This document shows positions 54,881-63,196 of a DNA stretch of 64,000 nt, in pieces (positions within the stretch are counted from its first letter, which is position 1; each line of letters begins with the position of its first letter). Under the pieces are notes generated by a model that worked only from the letters and a program-made list of their open reading frames with translations, searched no databases and was not told the DNA's origin. Origin of the DNA: an uncultured virus (IMG/VR IMGVR_UViG_3300033069_001107) (taxonomy: Duplodnaviria > Heunggongvirae > Uroviricota > Caudoviricetes); IMG/VR virus record IMGVR_UViG_3300033069_001107, positions 1 through 64,000 of that record; one strand, written 5' to 3'. A program made the position numbers and the translations under genes.

Positions 54881-57523
54881 ATGAAGAACTACGACCAACA
54901 GATCACGTTCCGCCAGGGCGGGGACAGCGGGCAGGCTGACAACACCTCGATCCAGCCGTACGCGACAGAGCCGTTCGTGCCTGACGTGTCCAACCGCCCT
55001 CCCAACAACCTGCGCGCCAGGACCGAGACGCTCCGGCGCGCGCTGGAGGACCTCAACTACCTCGCGGACTACGACCGATCGCTGATCCTGCGCGCGGACA
55101 GTGCGTTCACGTTCAGTGAGCCTTCCAGCGGTCAGTACGCCCTCACGATCGCTTCGGGGAACCTGTGGATCTACCCCGCGCTCACGCCGGGTCGACAGAG
55201 CGGCGGGCGCAACGAAGGTGGGCGTGTCTACTGTGCGAATGCCTCCGCATCCGGGGCGTGGACCCCGTACTCGGGTACACCTACGGTCGATGATCTCGTC
55301 CTGACCGCCCATCGGCAGTACACCGGACAGCGGGGGTACTTCGATGCGGACAGCCTCACAACCACCGCAGGCGGGCGCTCGCTCGGCGCCAATCGGATCC
55401 AGGTCGATCTCATCGCAGATCCTGCGGTGGTGGGCGGTGTGGGTACGATCACCGCAACGATCACCCAGGCCCCGCGCACCAAGATTCGCATCGTCTACGG
55501 CACGCTGACTACCGCAACGACGCTCGCGAACCTCATCGCGTTCATCAACGGAGACCGCACGTCGCAGGGCGCGTACGGTGTCGCGGACTTCCTGCGTGCG
55601 TCTTCCACGGGCACGACGACGAACGTGCCAGTTCCGTTCACCGGGGGTGAGGTGCAAGGTGCCTATGACGCCGAGGCACACCAGATCACCAAGGCGCAGA
55701 TCGATGCGTTCTTCGCGATCCAGGACGGGAGCGGGGCTTACGTCAACCGTCTGCGTGAGGGCGAAGGGCTTGCCATCGCGTACCCGATCGGGCTCGTGGA
55801 TCGGACCAGCGTCGGCCTCAACGGCGGGAAGCGTCAGGCGCTGTGGGACCTACCCACGGACCGCATCGGTACGCGCAGCCAGAACACGACGCCTGCCTCG
55901 GGGTACCTCCTCTTTTCGACGGGACGTGAGCCGGAGAAGATCCCGGGCGCGCTGCCGATCGGCAAGGTGATCGAGGGTGAGTTCGTGTTCACCGAGGGGA
56001 CGCGCCTCGCGGCGGGTGAGACCCTGGAACTGGGCGAGAGTCGCATTATGCGCAACGCCCTCTCAGCCACGACGAGCGGCGCAGATGGCTCGCGTCGCGT
56101 GGGGTACGAAGGCAGCGGCTCGTGGCATTCCGACGCATCCGCCACCTCGAACCCGAACCTCGCGGCGGGTACGGTCAACGCGGCCCTGAGCGCCATCGTG
56201 TCGCAGCTGGCGAACTCGACCACGAACCAGTCTGCCTCTCGACGCGTCGGCGTCGAGGCAGTCACGGGGACTCCTGCAAGCGGTAACTCAGCGCTCTCGG
56301 TGGCATCTGGCTCGCTGCGACAGGCCATCGACAAGCTGCTGAACGGCCTCGACGGTGCGAGCCAGCTCATCGGCATCAACGGGCGCGTGTCGGAGCTCGG
56401 GCACCGGCTGCGCGGGCTGCTCCCGATCCGCAAGGAGTTCGAAGCGGCAGGCATGCCCAGCGCGGGCGCGGTGATGACGCTCGCCGACCTCCACGCGGCC
56501 AGCAACACGCTCTCTGCGACACCGGCTGGTGTGCGCGAAGAGGCGCACATGGTGATGCAGCCCCTGGCGTTCGACGATGGTGGTGGCGGCTACCTGACCG
56601 TCGAAGAGGACATCGAGGATGGCGGTGGCGGAGAGGTGCTTCTGCCGATTGCCTCCATGTCGAACGCACGCTTCATCAAGGTGGTCGCGTCCTTCCCCGT
56701 GGCTTCGGACGGCTTGAGCGGCACCGTGCCGCTGATCTACGCCAAGGTCAGCGGACTCACAGGTGCGGCAGACGCAGAGGATGGGTGGTACACCGTCAAG
56801 TCGTGCAACACCGGCACGAACAAGGTGACGCTGCTGAACCTCGATGGCACCAACCCGGATTTCACGGGGATGGACCCGGCGACCATCACGTTCTACTCAG
56901 GCGTGATCACCGGCAACGACCGGCGCCACACGCGCTTCCGCGCCTACCACCACAGCACGGCGAACGCGGCACCCCTGGGTGTGATCGGCGTCGGCGCAGA
57001 CACGCAGCAGATCCTCGACGTGGTGGTGCCCAACGGCAACACCGGCACGGTGACGCTGCGTGTGAAGCCCAAGAGCATCGCGTTCGAGGGCGTGGAGATG
57101 AACGCTGCGAAGGTGGGGGCGATCCAGTCGTTCGCCCTGAACGAGGTCGCGCACGACAGTGCTTTGGCGTTGAACTTCACCAGCCCGCGCACGATCGCGG
57201 TAGGCGCCGCCGCAGGCGGGAGGACACTCGTTGGGGTGTTCCTGCACATCAGCGCGACAGTCGTGTCGAACGCCGCAGGTACTGTCGAGTATGAACTGGT
57301 GTTGAGCCGCAGCGGTGCCGCAGTGACGACGTTCGCACTGCGAACGGCCTGGGTGGCTGCGGGAGCCGATGAGGCCCGCACGATCTCGGCTTCGGGTTTC
57401 GTACCTCTGAATGGCACGACGAACGTGGTGCTTACGCGCCTCACCAATACCAATACGAAGCCGGGGCATGCCTCGGCCCGGATTGATATCATCGAAGTGG
57501 GGCGCCTCCTCGGCTTCAGCTGA
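54881..57523 (+). CDS. tail fibre/appendage protein
   Basis: 880 aa, Thr/Gly/Ala-rich, SRRVG repeats; last gene of the tail operon. Confidence 0.65.
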   Translation: MKNYDQQITFRQGGDSGQADNTSIQPYATEPFVPDVSNRPPNNLRARTETLRRALEDLNYLADYDRSLILRADSAFTFSEPSSGQYALTIASGNLWIYPALTPGRQSGGRNEGGRVYCANASASGAWTPYSGTPTVDDLVLTAHRQYTGQRGYFDADSLTTTAGGRSLGANRIQVDLIADPAVVGGVGTITATITQAPRTKIRIVYGTLTTATTLANLIAFINGDRTSQGAYGVADFLRASSTGTTTNVPVPFTGGEVQGAYDAEAHQITKAQIDAFFAIQDGSGAYVNRLREGEGLAIAYPIGLVDRTSVGLNGGKRQALWDLPTDRIGTRSQNTTPASGYLLFSTGREPEKIPGALPIGKVIEGEFVFTEGTRLAAGETLELGESRIMRNALSATTSGADGSRRVGYEGSGSWHSDASATSNPNLAAGTVNAALSAIVSQLANSTTNQSASRRVGVEAVTGTPASGNSALSVASGSLRQAIDKLLNGLDGASQLIGINGRVSELGHRLRGLLPIRKEFEAAGMPSAGAVMTLADLHAASNTLSATPAGVREEAHMVMQPLAFDDGGGGYLTVEEDIEDGGGGEVLLPIASMSNARFIKVVASFPVASDGLSGTVPLIYAKVSGLTGAADAEDGWYTVKSCNTGTNKVTLLNLDGTNPDFTGMDPATITFYSGVITGNDRRHTRFRAYHHSTANAAPLGVIGVGADTQQILDVVVPNGNTGTVTLRVKPKSIAFEGVEMNAAKVGAIQSFALNEVAHDSALALNFTSPRTIAVGAAAGGRTLVGVFLHISATVVSNAAGTVEYELVLSRSGAAVTTFALRTAWVAAGADEARTISASGFVPLNGTTNVVLTRLTNTNTKPGHASARIDIIEVGRLLGFS

Positions 57524-57527
57524 CAGC

Positions 57528-57566
57528 CAAAGAAAAGGCCCAGGGTCCTCACCGGACCCTGGGCCT
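57528..57566 (-). terminator. terminator between convergent operons
   Basis: AGGCCCAGGGTCC/GGACCCTGGGCCT stem plus TTTTCTTT on the minus strand. Confidence 0.8.
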
Positions 57567-57592
57567 CCTCTCAGACCTTCCTCAGATCCCTC

Positions 57593-60358
57593 TCAGCCGC
57601 AGCCGCCGCTCGCTCCGCACGACGGGCACGTGTAGCACGCCCCCGTACGCACCATGATCGTGCCGCAAACGCGGCAGGCGGGCGAGTCGTTGGACTGCAT
57701 CGCGGCCTGAGCGCTGGGCGACAGGAGCGTGATGACCTGGGCACGCTGAGGCACTTCCTCCTCGACCTCCCCCTGCACGTGCTGGAGGTCCGTGCGCTTG
57801 AGGTAGTGCACCGCCAGCACGCGCATCACGAGGTCGACGATCGAGGTCGATCGGCGGATCGTGTCGTGCTTCTGGACCGTGCCCGAGGGCTCGAAGCGGG
57901 TGAAGGTGAACGCCTCGACGAAGGTCGCCAGCGGTACGCCGTATTGCAAGCCGAGGCTCAGCGCCTTGGCCCACATGCCGACGAGACCGCCCAGGGTCGA
58001 GCCCTGCTTGGCGAGGTCCACGAAGACCTCACCGAGGGCGCCGTCCTCGAACTCCCCCGAGCGGATGTAGATCTTGTGGCCGTCGAGGTTGACGGCCCAG
58101 GTCAGCCCGCGACGGACCGTGGGGAGCTTGTGACGCTGGCCTTCGCGGAGGGGGCGCTCGACGCTGAACTCCTCCAGAGCCTCGACGAGACTCGGGCCCT
58201 CGGCCTTTGTCTCCTCCACGCCCTTCGCCTTGGTCGTCACAGGCTGGCTGTTCTTGCACCCATCCCGATAGACCGCGAGCGCCTTGATGCCGCTCGACCA
58301 CGCCTGGAGGTAGTAGCTCCCGATCTCCTCTGCCGTGGTGTCGTTGGGCAGGTTGACCGTCTTGGAGATGGCGCCGCTGAGGAACGGCTGGACCGCCGCC
58401 ATCATCGCGAGGTGGCCGTGGGCCGAGATCACGCGACCTCCCGGCGTCGGTGCGAGGGCGGTGTCGAACACCGGGAGGTGCTTGGGGTCCAGCCCCGGAG
58501 CACCCTCCACGGAGCCCGTCTGTTCGAGATGCTGGAGGATGCTGGCCACCGCCTCCGGCGCGTACCGCAGCGCCTCCAGCGTCATGCGCGTCAGCGGCGA
58601 CGCGATGCGCACGTCGCCGCCGCCCGCGAGCTGCTTGTACTGCACGTGACTCAGGAGCGGCTCAATCCCCGTGGTCGTACAGTCCATCAGGAAGCTGATG
58701 GTTCCCGTCGGCGCGAGGAGCGTGAGCTGTGCGTTGCGCAGTCCGTAGGTCTGGATGAGGTCCGCCGCCAGATCCCAGGTAAGGTGCCCGCCGCCGTGCA
58801 GGTGCTTGGTGTGCTTCTGGAACACGTGCCACACCCCCTCCTTGTCGGCCTCGTACCCCGCGAACGGCCCCATCCGCGCCGCCAGCTGGGCGCTGGTCAG
58901 GAACGCTGCGCCCATCATCGACGCCGTGATGTTCTGGGCGAACGCGCGGCCCTGGTCGCTGTCGTAGGCCATTCCCCGGATCGCGAGGAGCGCGCCCAGG
59001 TTGGCGTAGCCGAGGCCCAGCTGGCGGTACTTGTTGGCACCTTCCGCGATGGCCTTGGTGGGGTAGCTGGAGAAGGACACCAGGATGTCCTGGGCGATGA
59101 TGAACACGCGCGCTGCGGCCTGGAGCTTGTCGTGGTCGAAGTACCCCTGATCGAGGAACTTCACGAGATTCAGGCTCGCGAGGTTGCACGCGGAGTTGTC
59201 CAGGTGGGCGTACTCCGAACAGGGGTTGGTCGCGTTGATCCGCCCACCGTTCGGGGTGGGGTTCCAGGCGTTGAACGTGTCGTCGAAGTGGATGCCGGGG
59301 TCGGCGCAGAACCACGCGGCGTACGCGAGCTTGTCCCACAGCGCGCGGGCCCTCACCGTCTTGACGACGCGCCCATCGACGCGCGACGTGAGGTTGAACT
59401 CCGCGTTGTCCACGACTGCACGCATGAACTTGTCAGACACGCGCACCGAGTTGTTGGCGTTCTGACCATCCACGGTCTTGTACGCCTCCCCCTCCATGTC
59501 CCCGCTCCATCCGGCCGCGATGAGGTCTCGCGCCTTCTTCTCCTCCTTCACCTTCCAGTCGATGAACTCCTCGATCTCGGGGTGATCGACATCCAGCACG
59601 ACCATCTTGGCCGCACGACGGCTGGTGCCGCCCGAGGCCACGGAGCCCGCCGCCCGGTCGAACACCGGGAGGAACGACATCAGGCCCGAGGCGCGGCCCC
59701 CGGGCGAGAGCTTGGCGTCCTTCTCCCGGAGCTTGGAGAAGTTTGCGCCCGAACCCGATCCGAACTTGAAGAGGCGCATCTCCGCCTTGACGAAGTCCGC
59801 GATCCCTCCCGGCTCGACGAGGGAGTCGTCGATCGTGTGGATGAAGCAGGCCGAGCACTGCGGGCGCTTGTAGGCGGCGTCCACCTGCTCGACTTCGCCG
59901 TTCTCGTTCACGGCCCAGTTGCCCGGACCTCCGGGGATCTTGTAGGCGTGCCAGCGGCGCACGTTGAACCAGACCGGGGAGTTGAAGGCGCCGTACTGGT
60001 GGATGAGCAGGTAGGCGAGGTCGTTCTCGAAGGCGATGCGCTCATTCGTGTGCCTGAAGTACCCGAACGTGTGCCCTGCCATGCCGATCGTCTTCACCAC
60101 GCCTTCGATCATCGCGAAGACGCTGTCCTCCGTAACCGCCTCGGTGTGGATGAAGTACTTCTGCGCCGCGAAGTTGACGGCGGTGTCAGACCAGAAGTCG
60201 GGCGCTTCGACGTTCTCCTGCTTGAAGATGACCTCGCCGTTCATCCGGGCGATCCGAGCCGTCCGTCGCGTACGGTGGATCGCACTGAAGGGGGAGTCGG
60301 TCTTGCAGAAGTAGGGCTCGTAGGTCCAGGACTGTGTCTTGCTCTTTGTTTCTGTCAT
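57593..60358 (-). CDS. nrdJ: class II (adenosylcobalamin-dependent) ribonucleotide reductase
   Basis: FNSPVWFN, CSACFI, NPCSE, CNLASLNL, APTGTIS and YRDG motifs; TSCPD-like domain and terminal Cys cluster; start ATG 60358. Confidence 0.93.
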   Translation of the reverse strand: MTETKSKTQSWTYEPYFCKTDSPFSAIHRTRRTARIARMNGEVIFKQENVEAPDFWSDTAVNFAAQKYFIHTEAVTEDSVFAMIEGVVKTIGMAGHTFGYFRHTNERIAFENDLAYLLIHQYGAFNSPVWFNVRRWHAYKIPGGPGNWAVNENGEVEQVDAAYKRPQCSACFIHTIDDSLVEPGGIADFVKAEMRLFKFGSGSGANFSKLREKDAKLSPGGRASGLMSFLPVFDRAAGSVASGGTSRRAAKMVVLDVDHPEIEEFIDWKVKEEKKARDLIAAGWSGDMEGEAYKTVDGQNANNSVRVSDKFMRAVVDNAEFNLTSRVDGRVVKTVRARALWDKLAYAAWFCADPGIHFDDTFNAWNPTPNGGRINATNPCSEYAHLDNSACNLASLNLVKFLDQGYFDHDKLQAAARVFIIAQDILVSFSSYPTKAIAEGANKYRQLGLGYANLGALLAIRGMAYDSDQGRAFAQNITASMMGAAFLTSAQLAARMGPFAGYEADKEGVWHVFQKHTKHLHGGGHLTWDLAADLIQTYGLRNAQLTLLAPTGTISFLMDCTTTGIEPLLSHVQYKQLAGGGDVRIASPLTRMTLEALRYAPEAVASILQHLEQTGSVEGAPGLDPKHLPVFDTALAPTPGGRVISAHGHLAMMAAVQPFLSGAISKTVNLPNDTTAEEIGSYYLQAWSSGIKALAVYRDGCKNSQPVTTKAKGVEETKAEGPSLVEALEEFSVERPLREGQRHKLPTVRRGLTWAVNLDGHKIYIRSGEFEDGALGEVFVDLAKQGSTLGGLVGMWAKALSLGLQYGVPLATFVEAFTFTRFEPSGTVQKHDTIRRSTSIVDLVMRVLAVHYLKRTDLQHVQGEVEEEVPQRAQVITLLSPSAQAAMQSNDSPACRVCGTIMVRTGACYTCPSCGASGGCG

Positions 60359-60365
60359 GGGTCCT

Positions 60366-60932
60366 TCAGATGCTGGGTGTGAGGCGCACGCGCGGGGCCC
60401 TCTTGGGGGGCGGCGTGCGCAGTTGCTTGAGCACTTCGGCGGCGTGCCTTGTGCTCGGGAGACACTTTGTTGTGAAGCTGTAAGCAAGGTGCGCGAGGAT
60501 CGCCGCGTCAGCGGCGTCGTCATCATCTTCGCCAACCTCGGCGCGTAGCTTCCGTACGGCGTATTGGATCATGTCCGCCTTCTCCGCCGCACCATTGCCA
60601 GTGGCGTACTTCTTCAGTGAAGAGGGAGGGACAACGAGGGCCTCGACGCCGTATCGCTCATGAATGAGTTGCCGGAGCACTCCCGAAGCCTCGCCCATGT
60701 CGTACTCTCGATGGGTGCTGGCGAGGCTCGGACCTTCGATCGCAGCGGAGTGTGCCTCCGGGAACTCTTGAAGCACCGCCAGGGCTTCCGCGCGGATCTT
60801 GCTAAGTCGAGCTGCCCCTCGTATGGTAGATCCTATGCTAAGGGTGACCGCGCGACGGGGCTCTCCGTCTACCGCTACTGACAGCGCAGGCGCTCGCAAA
60901 CCCGGATCGACCCCAACCGACACATGAGCCAC
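60366..60932 (-). CDS. RuvC-like Holliday junction resolvase
   Basis: GVDPG, AIEG, PSSLKKYATGNGAAEK and DDAADA motifs. Confidence 0.88.
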   Translation of the reverse strand: MAHVSVGVDPGLRAPALSVAVDGEPRRAVTLSIGSTIRGAARLSKIRAEALAVLQEFPEAHSAAIEGPSLASTHREYDMGEASGVLRQLIHERYGVEALVVPPSSLKKYATGNGAAEKADMIQYAVRKLRAEVGEDDDDAADAAILAHLAYSFTTKCLPSTRHAAEVLKQLRTPPPKRAPRVRLTPSI

Positions 60933-61847
60933 GACGTAACACTCCGGATCAGGCAACAAGGGTACGTTCGCTCGAACGGCTATCAGGCGGTCCAGTGGGC
61001 GGTCACTGTGCCGGTGGTCGACCCCATCGGGACTCCGGCCATCGCCACCGACCCGGGCAGCTACGCCCCGCTCTACGTGATCGACACCGCTGGAGAGCGC
61101 GAGACATTACGGCGTATTGCCACCCTCCAGGACTATCAGGCGCTCCCCCGCTCCGAGCTGAAGTACTTCGACGTGCGGACGCTGGGTGCTGAAGGGCTCT
61201 CATGGTTCACCGATATGCAACTTGGCGACACGTTGCGCATCTTGGGACAGCCGCCCCACTGGGTACAGGATCAGGTTCCGTACACCGACTGGGACTTTGT
61301 CATTGATGACGTATCGTATCGCACCACAGGCGGGTCACCAAGCGTTCAAGTCGGAAAGACCATCACGCTGCCTGGGTACACCTTCACACCGGATGACATC
61401 GGACGCTGGGTGGAGCTGGTCGGGTTCGCAACCACGCAGTACAACGGGTTGACGCAGATCCTGAGCTACACCGGCAACGTCGCCACCGTGGACAAGAACT
61501 TCACCACCAATCAGTCTGGGTCAACGTGGCGATTCCCCTGGGTCCGCGTCCAGGAGGTGTTCTCTGGTCAGGAACCGCGCTACTTCCCTACGCGGATGAA
61601 GAACCTGTCCTGGGCTCGCATTCGCGACGGCCTCACCATCTGCTCTGGCGTGGGCGGCGGCGCTACCTGCCGCGAGACCTCCGGAGCGCTCGTGAGGTCA
61701 GTCCGCTACACGGAACTCGCCCCCACACTTGAGGAGGGGCTTGCTCTCCTCGAATATTCGTACGCCGAAGTCCAGCGCCTCCAGCGCCAAGCTGTCCTCA
61801 GCGTCGACAGCTTCCTCCCCCTCACCACGCGAACGGTGGGCCCGTGA
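60924..61847 (+). CDS. probable virion structural protein
   Basis: 307 aa; FTPDDIGRWVEL resembles FSAADVGAWIKL in 50873..54391. Confidence 0.65.
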   Translation: MSHDVTLRIRQQGYVRSNGYQAVQWAVTVPVVDPIGTPAIATDPGSYAPLYVIDTAGERETLRRIATLQDYQALPRSELKYFDVRTLGAEGLSWFTDMQLGDTLRILGQPPHWVQDQVPYTDWDFVIDDVSYRTTGGSPSVQVGKTITLPGYTFTPDDIGRWVELVGFATTQYNGLTQILSYTGNVATVDKNFTTNQSGSTWRFPWVRVQEVFSGQEPRYFPTRMKNLSWARIRDGLTICSGVGGGATCRETSGALVRSVRYTELAPTLEEGLALLEYSYAEVQRLQRQAVLSVDSFLPLTTRTVGP

Positions 61848-62224
61848 CCGCACCCTGGGTAGAGATTCGTGAAGCGCGTGATCGGGACGGAGACCTCTAC
61901 CGCGTCACGCTCACGATCGCGCAAGCACGTGAGATCCCCGACTGTCTGTTTGTGCTGGAGCGAGAGACTGACGCGTTCAATCGAGTCGCTTCCGTTCCGG
62001 ACCTGGAGGTACTGCCGCGCACGAGCGAAGACGCCTTCTCGCAGCACCAGCCGCGCTACCTGAGCGCGACCGCCACCAAGAGCTTCGAGCGCCCCGGGGC
62101 CCTGGTGGAGTTCCTCAGTCACGTCAGGCTGCGTATCACCGACCTGACCCAGGTGTGGGCGGGTGAGGTCGATCTGGATATCCCCGGGCTGTCCGTGTAC
62201 ACTCTTCCGTCGGAGCCCATGTGA
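61844..62224 (+). CDS. hypothetical protein, partial paralogue of 62221..63189
   Basis: IPDCLFV..DAFNRVASVPDL versus LPTASLFV..DALARVASPIDL. Confidence 0.7.
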   Translation: MTAPWVEIREARDRDGDLYRVTLTIAQAREIPDCLFVLERETDAFNRVASVPDLEVLPRTSEDAFSQHQPRYLSATATKSFERPGALVEFLSHVRLRITDLTQVWAGEVDLDIPGLSVYTLPSEPM

Positions 62225-63189
62225 CCACCCCTATTGCGATCCAGACGCGCCGTGTCGCCCCACAAGCTGACGGCAGTACGGCGTATGAGGTCACGACCCG
62301 GGTAACGGAGAAGCACGACCTACCCACGGCGAGCCTCTTCGTCGTGTCGATCACGGACCCGCTGAACCCCAAGTCGGACGCCCTCGCACGCGTCGCGTCC
62401 CCGATCGACTTGCGACGGCTGTCGGGGCTGCTCTATGTCCGAGTTGACGCGGCCTCGATCAACTACATCAACGCGGACCCCTTCGCCCGCGTCGCCAACG
62501 TCGACGACCTCACGGCCTACCAGACCGACCGGGCAGAGGCGGTGAGGCGTGGGCAAGGATTCTACCTCACGGACGCGTTCAGCGCGCTCTACACGGATCC
62601 GGCCACGGCCGACGCCGCCTACCGGCAGATCATCGCTCGCCTCTCTGAGCTGGTGACCAACTGGCGCGCGTACACGGCAGGGTTCGAGACCAATCCCACG
62701 CAGAGCTACCCGCTCCCATCTACGCCGCTCTCCGTGGAGGACCTGCGGCGCGCGGCGTACAGCGATGCAGTCACGATTCGGCAGCGCGCGGAAGCTGTTC
62801 ACGAGGCAGCACAGGCCGCGTACGAGCACTGCGTCACCGACTGCGCCCTCGATCGCGCAGTCCACGCGATCTTGCTGAGGGATGTGACCTTTCTGGAGCG
62901 CGCTCGGGCCCGAGTCGTTGCGATCACCGAGACCGACACCACGAACGCCAAGGACTTCGTGCTGAAGATCGGAGCGTTCGCCTCTGACTCGGAGAGCTAC
63001 GAGAACCTTCTCACGCAGAAGCGCACAGATCTGAACACGTACGCCGTACGCGTCCAAGCCTGCCAGGACACCTGCGCACAGTTGCAAGTGTCTCGCGACA
63101 GCGCCCAGGCTGACGTGCGCCGCGCCCTGGCTGATGAACAACGGGCGCTCGCCGACGTGCGTGCCGTCTGTCCCACTTTCGTCCCCTGA
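62221..63189 (+). CDS. hypothetical protein with C-terminal coiled coil
   Basis: 322-aa ORF coupled to the upstream gene. Confidence 0.75.
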   Translation: MTTPIAIQTRRVAPQADGSTAYEVTTRVTEKHDLPTASLFVVSITDPLNPKSDALARVASPIDLRRLSGLLYVRVDAASINYINADPFARVANVDDLTAYQTDRAEAVRRGQGFYLTDAFSALYTDPATADAAYRQIIARLSELVTNWRAYTAGFETNPTQSYPLPSTPLSVEDLRRAAYSDAVTIRQRAEAVHEAAQAAYEHCVTDCALDRAVHAILLRDVTFLERARARVVAITETDTTNAKDFVLKIGAFASDSESYENLLTQKRTDLNTYAVRVQACQDTCAQLQVSRDSAQADVRRALADEQRALADVRAVCPTFVP

Positions 63190-63196
63190 GGAACCC

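Noticed and set aside
57593..60358. Intein or intron in nrdJ, thyX or the helicases
   Set aside because: Motif spacing and lengths look normal; no intein ends or homing-endonuclease motifs seen
57779..60382. 867-aa plus-strand ORF
   Set aside because: Antisense shadow of nrdJ caused by GC3 bias; no recognisable motifs
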